Shown piece after piece: positions 24,917 to 37,895 of a DNA stretch of 64,000 nucleotides. Made by a program: the position numbers and the translations under genes. The number at the start of each line of letters is the position of its first letter. The first letter of the stretch is position 1. The notes under the pieces were generated by a model, which was not told where the DNA came from, did no database searches, and saw only the letters and a list, made by a program, of their open reading frames with translations. Source of the stretch: Octopus bimaculoides (Eukaryota); assembly GCF_001194135.2 (NCBI RefSeq), contig NC_068984.1, positions 115,716,061-115,780,060 on the forward strand, read 5' to 3'.

Positions 24917-25189
24917 GTATATATATGTACACATCAGAATCGACAATGTGCTATAAATTCGCTTAAGGACGCACAAATGGGTAAAGTCACACGGAATGGA
25001 AATAATAAAGAAAGATTTCGGTGTAAATAAAATACTTCTTGTATTGAATATAATCGTTCCGTAATTTTATTGGATAAAATAAAATGCCATAAATCATGAT
25101 ATCTGCCAGGAATTTTCATTTCATAACAATTTATTCAATTAGTTTCTGGTTACCTTCGTGTGGAGAAAAGTAGATATTTCATCTCTCAG

Positions 25190-25295
25190 GGCAGCGAATT
25201 GGTGAGTTACAGGAACATAGGATAAAATGCCTTGCATTATTCATTTCCAGTCTTAGGGCTCTGGGTTCAAATCCCGTAGAAATCAACTTTATCCT
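25190..25295 (+). mobile_element. SINE family C fragment
   Basis: GCGAATTGG...CTGGGTTCAAATCCCG...AACTTTATCCTTTTGGGGGTTAATAAAATA. Confidence 0.5.
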
Positions 25296-25444
25296 TTTGG
25301 GGGTTAATAAAATACAGGCTTACTGCGAGGTTGTGAATGGACAAAATTATAAAAGATTAGATGGGCAAAATTATTAAAGGATTTCATTCATCCATCCGCC
25401 TAATTTCTTTGCCCACTATTCCTGAAAACAATTAGTCAGGCAAT

Positions 25445-25590
25445 TACTCTTTGGGGTCCTATCAGAAGCAACAGTCATTAGACTTTCCGGCTGGATTCCC
25501 AATTCAGACAATAGCTGTTATCCAACCATCTCGTTCTTGGTCTACCATTAGGTCCTCTTTTGGTTGACGCGGCTTGAAGGATCACCACTT
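25445..25590 (-). pseudogene. RTE-like LINE ORF C-terminal remnant
   Basis: VILQAASTKRGPNGRPRTRWLDN then, frameshifted, LGIQPESLMTVASDR. Confidence 0.6.
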
Positions 25591-25739
25591 CAGTTTAGAT
25601 ACGACGAGTTGCTGCCTGTTGTAATTTTCGACGATCTTATGCAATATTTGTTGTAATTGTCTGTTTGAAAAAAAAGATACATGACTGTAAAGTGAACTGC
25701 AATTGAAAAGAACAGTAAAATGAAACTGCTTGCTTTGGG

Positions 25740-25880
25740 GGGCGAGTAAGCCATTTCATCCTCGACTTTACCTTTATCTCTTCGGGGTCGATTAAACAAG
25801 TACCAGTTGAAAATCGAGGTCGATCTAATCGACTAATCCGCTCCCCGAAGTTGTTGGCCTTGTGCCAATATTTGAAACCA
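25740..25880 (+). mobile_element. SINE family C 3' part
   Basis: GACTTTACCTTTATCTCTTCGGGGTCGATTAAACAAGTACCAGTTG...GGTCGATCTAATCGAC...GGCCTTGTGCCAATATTTGAAACC. Confidence 0.65.
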
Positions 25881-26887
25881 ATAGTTTGTTTATTGTCATA
25901 TCCTCTAATCGATCAAAACCTTGTTATTGAAATTTCGTTTACGGAAACTGTGTGGAAGCTTGGTGGAATAAGTGTTCACATTTGTTGGTAGTTGATGTCA
26001 TCATACGCCCGGTTTCAAACCACCCCCTGGTCTACGAGTGACTTAGTGGAATCAACTATTGCTGCAAATGTTCGTAGTAGATCTCTGCAACTGAATTTAA
26101 ATTTCTTCTTGACTATCTAGAAGTATCGTTGTCATTTGAAGCTTCATGGCCAGTCTCCGCCATTCTCATACTAAATCATGTAAAAATTATATTATCGTTG
26201 ATAAGCGAAAGAACTACTTACATCGCTGACAGCGTTGATCAATAATAACAACTAGCAAGGGTCGCTAACGACAAGGAACAATAAAAAGCCAGCAAAGCTT
26301 TAAAAGAACGACACAAATTTAGTGTCATTGTTTTGCAAATCATGATAGCATTACTTAAGGACAGCAAGCAAATGCAGCATGAAATTTTTATTAGATTAGT
26401 ACGACACGACAAAAGGAAATCCAGAATAGTATTGGCGCAATGCATTTTTGTCTTTAACCCCGACAGCCATTACACATTGTCATTTGTTATATATCACATT
26501 TAAGGTGACTATTCATTTAGCGTAAAGTATATGCCTCTTGTTGAGGAGCAACTTTAGTATAGATTATTCATATGATTTGGTAAATAATGTCCGTATTTTC
26601 CTTTTTTAGTATGTAGTAATAATTTTTCGTATCTAGTAATAATTAAATATTGTTTTTTATGCAGAGATAGTCTTTCTAATACAGTTCATAGCTTAAGGCA
26701 TCATACAGGTCTCTTCTCAGTATAGATATAATGGTGGCCATCTTATACACCGGCTAATACGTATCTCACTTGTAGGTGAATACACACACCTACACGTATG
26801 CGCATACACACACATACTCACATACGAGCGCGCGCTAACAAACATATGTATGTGTGTGTACGTATGTTTTATCTTTCACTTGTTTCA

Positions 26888-27154
26888 TTTGATTATCATT
26901 TATTCTGCAGTCTTCAAAATCATGTGGACGGCAAAAATACGAATTCTGTAGACGAGGTCAGAACAGTACTGGAGGAGTATTTTTCGTCACGGACGAATTT
27001 TGGAAGAGGGCCTTGCAAGCCTACCAGATAAATGGAAGAGCATTGTAGAAAATGAAGGAGAGAATATTTTAGATTAAAAAAGAACTTCGGTTATCTTAAT
27101 TTTGACAAATAAAAGAAGTATACAAAAACCGCATTATTTATGGGATGATCCTAC
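26888..27154 (+). mobile_element. Mariner transposase C-terminus and 3' TIR remnant
   Basis: DYHLFCSLQNHVDGK...; frameshifted FWKRGLASLPDKWKSIVENEG; TIR-like AAAACCGCATTATTTATGGGATGATCCTACA. Confidence 0.8.
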
Positions 27155-27659
27155 AAACACACACACATATTTCATATAGTGTACAGTAGGTGAAATAACA
27201 CCTTCCACACCTTTTCACGCTAGATCACAAAGGTTTCGGAACCATCTGACGGTATCACTCCGGTCAATGTTGCTTCTGTCGTTGACACTACCGGAAAATG
27301 TCCCGTTTCTTTCAGCCTTTTCTGTAGCACGCTTTTTGCAGCTGTTAGTAGTCCGACCGTATAACAAATATTTTTTATTGTAATGCTTGCTTTCAGTGTT
27401 TTGCTTTTTTCACATATTTCGGCTATATCCATGATTCCCTGTTAAGTTTCGTAATTTATGCCCTGCTTTCTTATGATCCTCCTAAATGAAAGCCCATAAG
27501 GTAGGGTTAGTGCCTTTAGTTAGAAACTCATAAAATCTCGTGTCTACGGCCGCACCGGTCCGTCATCTTATATGAGAGTTTAGCAAAATAGAAATAGACC
27601 GTAGATTTATAGTTTTTCATAACCGATATCATCTTTATAATGTCTGCCATTAGTATCAG

Positions 27660-28160
27660 TTCCATGACCATCGTCTTCCTCCATCTCCTTCATGTCGTCA
27701 TCACCGGCGCCGCCGCCGCCGCTGCCACCAGCAGCACCAACACCACCAGCACTTCCACCGCCGCTGACGCCGCTGACGCCGCTGACGCCATTCCTCGACG
27801 TCAGGATGGTGATTATGCTGATCATCACGATCATCATCTCCGCCATCATCAACGTCACCATTCACATCTTCTCGTCCTCGTTCTCGTCGTCGTCGTCCTC
27901 CTCCTCGTCGTCGTCCTCCTCCTCGTCCTCGTCGTCCTCGTCGTCCTCCTNNNNNNNNNNNNNNNNNNNNNNNNNNNNNNNNNNNNNNNNNNNNNNNNNN
28001 NNNNNNNNNNNNNNNNNNNNNNNNNNNNNNNNNNNNNNNNNNNNNNNNNNNNNCCTCCTCCTCGTCGTCCTCCTCCTCGTCCTCATCTTCGTCCTCGTCC
28101 TCGTCCACGTCCTCCTCCTGCTCGTCCTCGTCCTCCCCCTCGTCCTCGTCCTCCTCGTCC
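27660..28160. repeat. GC-rich trinucleotide low-complexity tract (GCC/TCG/TCC) with gap
   Basis: Degenerate (TCG)n/(TCC)n/(GCC)n runs. Confidence 0.85.
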
Positions 28161-28355
28161 TCGTCCTCGTCCTCCTCTCAATGCAAGACTAAGATAAAAA
28201 TGTTCTATTACAAAAGCTGTTAGGTATGGATGTATCTTTGTTTAATACGAACGACATTTCTGAGTATCAAGAATGCATTTCACGTCCAATCATCAATATT
28301 ACATACCAAAACTGATAAACATACGCGTATATACATATACACATATATAAATACA

Positions 28356-28394
<39 letters not shown>

Positions 28395-29094
28395 ACACAC
28401 ACATCTCTGTATGGTTGTTCTTGATCTTTTGTTTTTACTTCTGTTGTTAAATATTTTTTCGTTCTTATATCATTGGCCATTTTGACGATAGCTGATCACA
28501 GTTCGGCGACGCAAATGGAGTGGTGGCGGTTTCTGGCATTGTTAACATCAACGAATAGCATTTAAGTGAATTGAAATCATTATGCAAATATATAAAAATA
28601 TAAGAGATAAAAGAAAACAAAAAGTCTAAAACAAATTGATAAAAAAGAGACAGAAAAAAAGTAGACATTAGTGGATATCAGAAAGCACACCCCTACCAGC
28701 TATAATAATAGTCGACAAAAAATTGAAAAAAAAAACAATCCCCAACTCCTCCAACGGAACTAGTTCACTTAACAATCACGTGCAAGTGCTACTGTACTAT
28801 TTTCCAACATGAAGTCGGTAACAAATTTCACTGATAACTGTACAATAACGACGAAAATACGTACACACACACACGCACACACACACACACATACACACAC
28901 ACACACACACATACACACACATATGTATATATATAACTGTACATAAGTGTACACATATAATTGTGTGTGTGTTACGGATATTTACAAATGTATATATGTA
29001 TCTCTCTCTCATTATACATACAAATATATTTTCTCTCGCTCTCTCACACACACGCACGCACGCCCACACACACACACACACACACACACACATG

Positions 29095-29550
29095 CTTTGC
29101 TTTTGTCGTAAGAAGCTTGCTTCCGAACCAGGTACTTCCGGGTTCAGTCCCATTGCGTGGTACCTTCGTTAAGTGTCTTCTATAGCCTTGGGCCCACCAA
29201 AGCTTCTGAGTGGATATGGCACATACCTAACGTGAAAGAAATCCGTCGCATATGTGTGCGTGAATACACCTGTATATACTGAGAGAGAGAGAGAGAGGGA
29301 GAGCGATACATACATATATACATTTGTAAATATCTGTAACACACACACAATTATATGTATACACTTATGTGTCCTCGTGTCTCTTTTTGCCCCCTACCAC
29401 CGCTTGAGAACGGGTGTTAGCGTGTTTACGTCCCTGTAACTTAGCGGGTCAGAAAAAGTGACCGATACAATAAGCACCAGGCTCAACAAAAAATAAGTAC
29501 AAGGCGTTGCCCTGGCATGGCCACAGTCTAATCATTGACACAAGTGAAAG
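29095..29550 (+). mobile_element. Tripartite SINE family A (tRNA head, microsatellite, tail)
   Basis: GTAAGAAGCTTGCTTCCGAACC...CCGGGTTCAGTCCCA head, (GA)/(TA)/(CA) centre, tail CCCCTACCACCGCTTGAGAAC...GCATGGCCACAGTC. Confidence 0.75.
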
Positions 29551-29672
29551 GTAAAAGATAGGCGATAATANNNNNNNNNNNNNNNNNNNNNNNNNNNNNN
29601 NNNNNNNNNNNNNNNNNNNNNNNNNNNNNNNNNNNNNNNNNNNNNNNNNNNNNNNNNNNNNNNNNNNNNNNN

Positions 29673-29727
<55 letters not shown>

Positions 29728-30067
29728 CATATATACACACATATGCGTACACATACATAGTTTTTAGAGATTTTGTGCAAAGCATGGAGCAGAATATATT
29801 TATCGGAATCCGGTAAATCACTTTATGCTACTGAGAATTTCTAGGTACGTGTATGGAGAAATGTTGGAGAATTAAGTTTGTCTCTGAATATCGAGTACAG
29901 AGATCCACAAGCAGGCATGCAGACACTCATAAATATGCATACACACACATACACTCATAAGCCCCCGCCTATATATATATGTGTGTGTGTGTGTGCGTGC
30001 GTGTGTGNNNNNNNNNNTGTATGTATGTATACATAATACTGCCATATATATATATATATATATAATA

Positions 30068-30241
30068 TGGCAGTCCTGGATGCGACGAATTTCACTGTTG
30101 TTTAACCCCAGGAAACATCATCACCAGCTGGTTTCATGACATAATATCTGTGCCCTTATATTTTCAAACAGGGGAGCTCAGCAATCCATCCAGCATCCTG
30201 GGACTAAACAACAGTAACATTTGTCCTATCCAAGACTGCCA
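30068..30241. mobile_element. 174-bp foldback element with 46-bp arms
   Basis: 30068-30113 vs reverse complement of 30196-30241, 38/46 identical; termini TGGCAGTC...GACTGCCA. Confidence 0.8.
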
Positions 30242-30304
30242 GATTATGTTAGCAAATAGTCTTTACTTTAAAATACTGTTACTGAATATAAAATACTATG
30301 TGTT

Positions 30305-30836
30305 TTTTTGGCGAGAAACTCATGAGTGAGGAGAGATTGGTGACAGAGTGCATCGTTGTCGTGAAGAATTCAATTCTTCGCGCTTCACAGATCCGGTCAC
30401 TTTCACAGTGAATTCTCCCTCAATCGTTTCAAAATGTCGCAGTAGAACTTTCGATTGACGGTGCGACCCGGAGGACGAATTTTCGATGGACTATACTACG
30501 TTTCTGAGGTGGACGCTCATGACAGGTCTTCCATGGACGTTCTTCCGTTTTTGAAGATCCCGTACAACTCGAAGCATTACGTTCGACCCATTGCATCGTC
30601 ACCGTAAGCTTGCTGGAATATGCTCGATGTCTATAGCAAACTTCCCAAGTTTAACGAAAAATTTCACGCTGGCTCTTTGTTCCTGTCCATCACGGCGTAC
30701 ACATGATTACAAAGACACAAATTTTACTACTTGCGAAGTAAACACAGAGGTGTCACTCGACGCGCACACAACCATGTACTGCCATCTGTTGGCGCGCTTC
30801 AGAACTAGTCCGGAAACCTTTTGATCCCAACTCGTA
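30305..30836 (-). mobile_element. Internally deleted mariner element with 5' TIR
   Basis: TA-CGAGTTGGGATCAAAAGGTTTCCGGAC terminus; EQRASVKFFVKLGK, QQAYGDDAMGRT, FKNGRTSMED joined to GRTVNRKFYCDILKRLRE, ILHDNDA. Confidence 0.85.
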
Positions 30837-31571
30837 TACCTACATATCAGCTCGCTTCGCTTCACTTTGGGTAGTAATTTTTCATTCCTTTATAAATAAC
30901 TGTTCTTTTAACATAATTGCATTTCATCTTAATGCTCTACTCTACGTTGTCCGTTATTGATGTTCGAGCTTCATTCATGTTGCATGTATTGCCATGCTAT
31001 ATGTATATTTACGCATATACACCCTATCTTAAAGATAGCGCGTTTGCACGTACACACACACACAAACACGCGCGCACGCGCACACACGCATACACACAAA
31101 TTCACACACACACACACAAATTCACACACACACACACACAAATTCACACACACACATGAGGCAAAAAAAGAGGAGAAACAGAGAAAAAGAAATTGATAGT
31201 GGGAAAGAGAGAGACAAATGTACGTAGTAGTGAGTGTTGAAATAAAGAGAAAGAAGATGAAAAGAGAAGAAGGGAGAGAAATATAGAAGAAAAGACAGAA
31301 GAAAGAGGACGGAGAAGGAGGGAAAAGAGAGGTAGAAATAGATAAGGTGAAGAATACAGAGAAGGTGAGAAAACAGATCGTAGCTGGAGATTTGATCAAT
31401 TGGTGGACGATGTCTAGAATTTATGGCGAGTTTAACGGAAAATATCTTAGAAAATCTCACACGTTATTTGTAATTAGATGCATTAGAATCAGAGGCCTGA
31501 TTCCCTGCCAAGCTAACGGAAAGGACTGTTGGAGACTGGTCTCAAGTTGCTGGACAAACAGACGGATGGGT

Positions 31572-31619
<48 letters not shown>

Positions 31620-31918
31620 GGATTAACAGATAGGTTGACGGATAACTAGATAGAAAACTTCATACGTAAGCAAATATCCATACACGCGCGAGCACACACA
31701 CACGCACACATACACACACGCACACACACACAGAGGCGTACATATGTATATATGTATGTACATACATAAATATATACATATATATACATATATGAGTATG
31801 TATTATCAATAGCTAGGTGAATTGTGCTATTGTAGATCGAAGATATATTTTTGTTTCTCACCAAAACAACGACGCGAACACTGGAGGAGGTGGCTCCATG
31901 TTAAATGCATTCTGACGT

Positions 31919-32020
<102 letters not shown>

Positions 32021-32033
32021 GTCTGTCTGTCTC

Positions 32034-32069
<36 letters not shown>

Positions 32070-33430
32070 ACTAATCTAAACTATATGNNNNNNNNNNNNN
32101 NNNNNNNNNNNNNNNNNNNNNNNNNNNNNNNNNNNNNNNNNNNNNNNNNNNNNNNNNNNNNNNNNNNNNNNNNNNNNNNNNNNNNNNNNNNNNNNNNNNN
32201 NNNNNNNNNNNNNNNNNNNNNNNNNNNNNNNNNNNNNNNNNNNNNNNNNNNNNNNNNNNNNNNNNNNNNNNNNNNNNNNNNNNNNNNNNNNNNNNNNNNN
32301 NNNNNNNNNNNNNNNNNNNNNNNNNNNNNNNNNNNNNNNNNNNNNNNNNNNNNNNNNNNNNNNNNNNNNNNNNNNNNNNNNNNNNNNNNNNNNNNNNNNN
32401 NNNNNNNNNNNNNNNNNNNNNNNNNNNNNNNNNNNNNNNNNNNNNNNNNNNNNNNNNNNNNNNNNNNNNNNNNNNNNNNNNNNNNNNNNNNNNNNNNNNN
32501 NNNNNNNNNNNNNNNNNNNNNNNNNNNNNNNNNNNNNNNNNNNNNNNNNNNNNNNNNNNNNNNNNNNNNNNNNNNNNNNNNNNNNNNNNNNNNTATATAT
32601 ATATATATATATTTATTTATTTAAACATGTGTGTTAAAGAGCTGCTGTACGCATGTGTAGAATGGAGAGTGTATATTGTAGATTACTTATGTCTGTATTT
32701 GTAGTTGTGTCTGCTTATGCTTCTGTATCTAGGTGTATACATCCATATGTATATGTATATCTAAATGTGATTTTGTGCTTGTGCATACGAATAAAGTCTA
32801 TTAAATCTACAAACGTAAATTTAAAGACAAGCTGCGCTGTTAGTGGAAGAAATTTACGACGAAAGAAACCTATCAATTGATGGAAAATGTTCCTTGGTCT
32901 GTTCCTCCCATTTTGAAGGAAAACAATGCCAAAGTTATCTCATTTCCTCCACTCGTCATAATCTGCATATTAGTAGCAGAGAATCTCGTCTGCTGGCCAT
33001 GGATTTTCACAAAGGGCCATAATAGCATGCTACAATTCTGACCATGAAACAAAACTAGATAGAAATACCTAATTATATAATACTACTCTGATATGATAGA
33101 CACACACACACGCGTGCGCACACGCACACACAGACAAATGATTGAAGGAAGTAAAAGTAAAATCAAGTAAAAGTATGGAAGTAGCCGGAGGTTAATAGTT
33201 ATACAACTATGACTCTGGCTATAATGATTTTATGTGCTACAACACTATTCTACCAGGCCTTGCTGTCTACTACATAACACACAACAACGTGCAACTATCA
33301 CCATTGAAGTCAGTGAGACTGAGAAAGTAGCTTAACTTTAACGGATTTGTTGCATGTACAAACAAATCATAAAATGTAAACGATATCATTAATAAAAAAT
33401 GAATTCGACTTGAAGTCAAAGATTACTTTA

Positions 33431-34185
33431 TATGCAGAGACACCCAGCGTTGCTCGGGATTAAAATGTCATAGTTTGTATATAATATATTATAGTAGTTA
33501 TGTTGAAACATGTGATATGGGAAAGTGCAGCATTGACAACAAAACATTTGTAGAGTAAATGATGGGCTAATTTGATTAAGCAAGTCTGTTTGGAGTATTT
33601 CAGGCCCTAACCTTTGGGGGTTATGTGATTTTTGAACGCACCGAAAAGCTGTCAGTGGATATACTCTCTCTTGCAGCAGTCGGCGCTGCGTCTAACGCGA
33701 CTCATCATCTGAAATGTTTGACATCTCCTTCGGGTTTGTTATCCTACATCACTCATAAAGTAAATTTGGAGGAACTGTGGTTGTTCATTTGTGGGTAACG
33801 GAACCAATGAGGTGATAGACTTGCCCTTGAACTTTGACGTGGTCGTAAATTTATGTTTATCTATCTTCTTAGATGCACCAAACGATGTCATTTGCAGAGT
33901 TGTATTGTCTGATATTGTTCAGAAAATCTTTTGACTGGATGGAAATGCCTTCTAGAAGATCCATAAGAGGTTGAGAAAGTGCTGGTAGTGTTGGCAATGT
34001 TACCTGACCGCCTGAGCAGCACATACCATTTGTTTCATTTGAATATTTTAAAGCTCTACAGAAAAAACAATTTGTGTTTAGCACACCAATTTGGACAGAG
34101 TTATTATGCTTATCAAAATGGGGTGAATCATATCTGAAAACAGCTTCAGGAGTTGTGAAGAACGAATTTGTACGTAGTCTGTTTC
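33431..34185 (-). mobile_element. Internally deleted Helitron: RepHel N-terminal fragment plus 3' hairpin
   Basis: CFFCRALKYSNETNGMCCSGGQVTLP...FLNNIRQYNS, QMTSFG, KVQGQVYHLIGS, PQFLQIYF; hairpin CCCGAGC-AAC-GCTGGG at 33443-33458. Confidence 0.85.
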
Positions 34186-34191
34186 TGAGAG

Positions 34192-35100
34192 CTATTCTAT
34201 TGGACCTCTGTCTAATAATCTGTGCAAGGACAATCCGAACAAAGACAGGTGTTGTAAAGAATGACCGGTAGAGCGGAAATGACGCGAGACCGGGGTGTCG
34301 TTGCCGAGTCTGATGTCTCGGAGGTGTTTCGTGAACCGGTCAGCCAAGCGGCGTCCCGTTTGACCGATGTATAGAGAAGGACAGAGAGAGCAGGAGATGC
34401 AGTAGATGACGTTGCTAGAAGTGCAGGCGAAGGAGTCAGTGATATGATAGGGTCGATGATAGGTGCCTGCGGTGGAGGGTGGTGTTGGAGAGGTAAGGGC
34501 AAGTGCGGCAGCNNNNNNNNNNNNGCTCATTTCAAGGAGGAGAGGGGTCGGTTAGGGAAGATGGGCGAAGTGGAGGGTCGGATGGAGTCGCCGGAAGGTT
34601 CGGAGAATGGTGCGTTGGAGTGGTAGGGTAGTGCAGTGGTAGGTGAGGGGAAAGGGGAGACGAGTGACGGCGGGGTGGGTGCGGGGAGAGAGCAGATGCA
34701 CGGTCCATGGAAGGGCGATGGCAAGGGCGGTGTGGATAGTGGTGAGGGGATATCCACGTAGGATGAAGTGGCGAGTTATGAGTTGAGACTGAGTCTCAAA
34801 GCCATGGTAGTCACTGCAGAGCCTGCGTAGACGGAGGAATTGGGAATAGGGGATGGAGAGCTTGGTGTGTTTAGGGTGGGAGGAGGAGAAGTTGAGGTAT
34901 GAGTGTGACTCTGTGTTTTTGTTGCGTGATGAATGCTGACCGAAATGTCGAGAAAGGCGACTGAAGTGTCGGAAATAGTGCAAGAGAAGTGGAGGGCAGG
35001 ATGGTAAGATTTGACAAAAGAGAGGAAGGAGTCTAGATGTTCGCGGGAGAGTGAGGTCGCACCGATACAGTCGTCAATATAACGACCGTATAGTTCGAGA
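34192..35100 (-). pseudogene. Penelope-like element, RT C-terminus and GIY-YIG endonuclease, truncated both ends
   Basis: LYGRYIDDCIG (35070-35081 YIDD), SHSYLNFSSSHP, SIPYSQFLRLRRLCSD, CTSSNVIYCISCSLCPSLYIGQTGRRLADRF. Confidence 0.92.
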
Positions 35101-35306
35101 GTGTAGTTCCTATTTATTAAAATTTAATTTTTCTATTAGTTACTGGTAATTCAATATTATAACTTGTAGTGGTGATATATTAATGAGTATGTAATGTTTT
35201 ATTATTAACTTTTGAATGATGAAATAATATATTTCACTCACAATTATTATATTACTAGTTAAATTAAATTCAATCGCGTTTGTTTTGTTTTGGAGAGATT
35301 TATATA

Positions 35307-35712
35307 AAGCTTTAAATTTTGTTATAGTAGTAGCTATGGAAGACTGGTGGGATTATTATTTGTACGGACTTAAAGATTGGTCGCGATTGAGCATATAATT
35401 TAGTTATTGCAGGTTTACTATTAATACCGATACGATGTACATCGGTTTATGTGTTTCTTTGGTGTACTTTTATTAAAGTTAGAGTTTAATCCTGCCTATA
35501 AATTGATTGATTGAATTAATGTTGTTGTTAAGCTTTTACTTTTATATTATACTATGGAAGATGGTAGGGATTATAATTTTTGTATGACTTAATGGATTGG
35601 TCGCTGTTTAGTCACTTATTTAAGAGTTGGTTGTAATATACTTATTGAATTTATTTACCGATACGGTTGTACATAGGTTAAATGTGTTTGAAAGTTGTGG
35701 TTTCTTTGGTTT
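35307..35712. repeat. Degenerate ~220-bp direct duplication
   Basis: CTATGGAAG at 35334 and 35552, followed in both by GGGATTAT, GACTTAA, GATTGGTCGC, TACCGATACG, TGTACAT. Confidence 0.6.
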
Positions 35713-36468
35713 GTTTAATCCCAAACAACACTTATTTTAGTGCTGTTGACACCACCGGATTGAATAGTACTGCCCAGGATTCGAAATCATGATGATATCT
35801 GTGGGGCAGCTGATGATGGAGGTATGTTGGATTGTTGGTATGGCTGTTTTTGTAATACGTAGAATAGTATTATAACACATCCTTTCGATACACACACACA
35901 CACAAACACATATACAGTCGTAGCCAAAAGTTTGGCTCATTAAAAAAAAAAAAAAACTTAAAATTGTTATGCCGAAGTACAATTCGATTCAAATATATAC
36001 ATCGTATATATTTGGGCATTCAATATAAAATATAAAAATTCTAATTTTCAGACCAATTCCAATCTTATAAACTTTTTACCACGACTGTATATATATATAT
36101 ATATATGAACACACATATATACACATTATTGTTCAAGTCAATTATTTTATCACTTTTAAGTTTTCGGGTGATATTCCAACGAACGGGTACATATGTATTG
36201 CAGTTTGCAGTTCAGTGCGCAAGAGTGTTAAATTTGTGGGTGGATTTTCACTGCATTATTCTAATCATCCTTACATTGAACGCCAACCTATTACACAAAG
36301 GCAGCCATATTGAAAAGAATCGCAGTATACAGCGTAACGAACTGCTCTTTATAATTGGGTATTCGCGCAGATGTGCCACATCATAGAGGCTAAAAGCATA
36401 AGTTTCATTCAATAATGTAACGCTAATGACAGAATCACGATTCACATTGCATCAAACATACATACAAG

Positions 36469-36537
<69 letters not shown>

Positions 36538-36585
36538 GCACATATATAAATGTGTATGCATGTATGCACATATATACATATTTAT

Positions 36586-36640
<55 letters not shown>

Positions 36641-36643
36641 TAG

Positions 36644-36674
<31 letters not shown>

Positions 36675-36892
36675 CACACACACACACATATATATATATG
36701 CATACATACAATACATACACACTCACGTACAATACATACACACGTACGCACACGCACATACACACACATATATAATGTCTTACTATGAAGAAGTACTATT
36801 GTTGAATATCATTGTATATAATAGCTTTATTTAGAAGTTTGGTGTTTCCTTCGTATTTCATCTACCGCATTCATAAAGCATAGTTGCTCACG

Positions 36893-36937
<45 letters not shown>

Positions 36938-37714
36938 NNNNNNNNNNTCACACATATGTGCACACACATATACACACGCTTACATTCAATTTCACAGAAC
37001 AGTTCATTCGCAAATGTACACCGAGCATCTACACATACACTGTTTCATCCTGCATCAAAGCACATGCGCATAAATGTTAACACATGTATATATATATATA
37101 TATTGAAAAATGTACATAAATTCACATCCATAAATGCGCATATGAATTACATATATATTTTTATGCCTAATTTTATATTGTAGGCGGTAGGCTTAACACA
37201 ACACACGGTTTAACACTACTTCATGTCTTTTTAACGAATCACATTGGCGAAAGAGTTACAGTTTGAAGATAACGAACTCTCTGATATTTTGCTATCGATA
37301 ACTCATTTCTTAGGTAGATGTCATGTCGCCAATTTCAGAAGACATCAGTGGAATGTATGTGGCCTAGCGGTTAAGCTGTTAGACGCACGACTGCTTGAAA
37401 GTAGCTTTCTTTCCTAGGCCAGGCATCACTTTGAGTCTTTGCAAAATGCACCTCATTTACGCCTGCTCGCAAAATGGTGCCTCGCAGAACATTAACTCCA
37501 AATTGCCATGCAAAATATGAACAGCTCTTGATGTTAACGGTACACTTGAGGGAAGATGACTTACTCAGTAAAGTTATCCAATGTAGGGCCGTCACTCAAC
37601 TGTACAAGAGCCAGACGAAAGCACTTTCTTGCATCTATGAAACCTTCTCTATTAGGTGACGAAAAATCTATATCCTCTTTGACGCTAATTTATGTATGGT
37701 TCCGTTAATAATTC

Positions 37715-37895
37715 TTTCTAATTTTGGCACAAGCCTAGCAATTTTGAGGTGACGGGGTAAGTCTATTACACCGATCTCAGTACTTGATTGGTAATTTACT
37801 GTACTTTATTTTATCGACCCCGAAAAGATTAAAGGCAAAGTTGGCCACGGCGGCATTGGAATCCAGAATACAAGGAGCCGGAAGAAACGCTACTA
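37715..37895 (-). mobile_element. SINE family C
   Basis: TTTTGGCACAAG...TTTATTTTATCGACCCCGAAAAGATTAAAGGCAAAGTTGGCCACGGCGG. Confidence 0.7.

Noticed and set aside
27607-28197. Acidic, Gly-rich or Pro-rich ORFs
   Set aside because: Open in several frames on both strands because of trinucleotide repeats; no splice or domain support.
35100-35730. Mitochondrial insertion (NUMT), suggested by T/G skew
   Set aside because: No open mitochondrial-code frame or recognisable mt gene seen; internal duplication fits a repeat better. A mitogenome BLAST would settle it.
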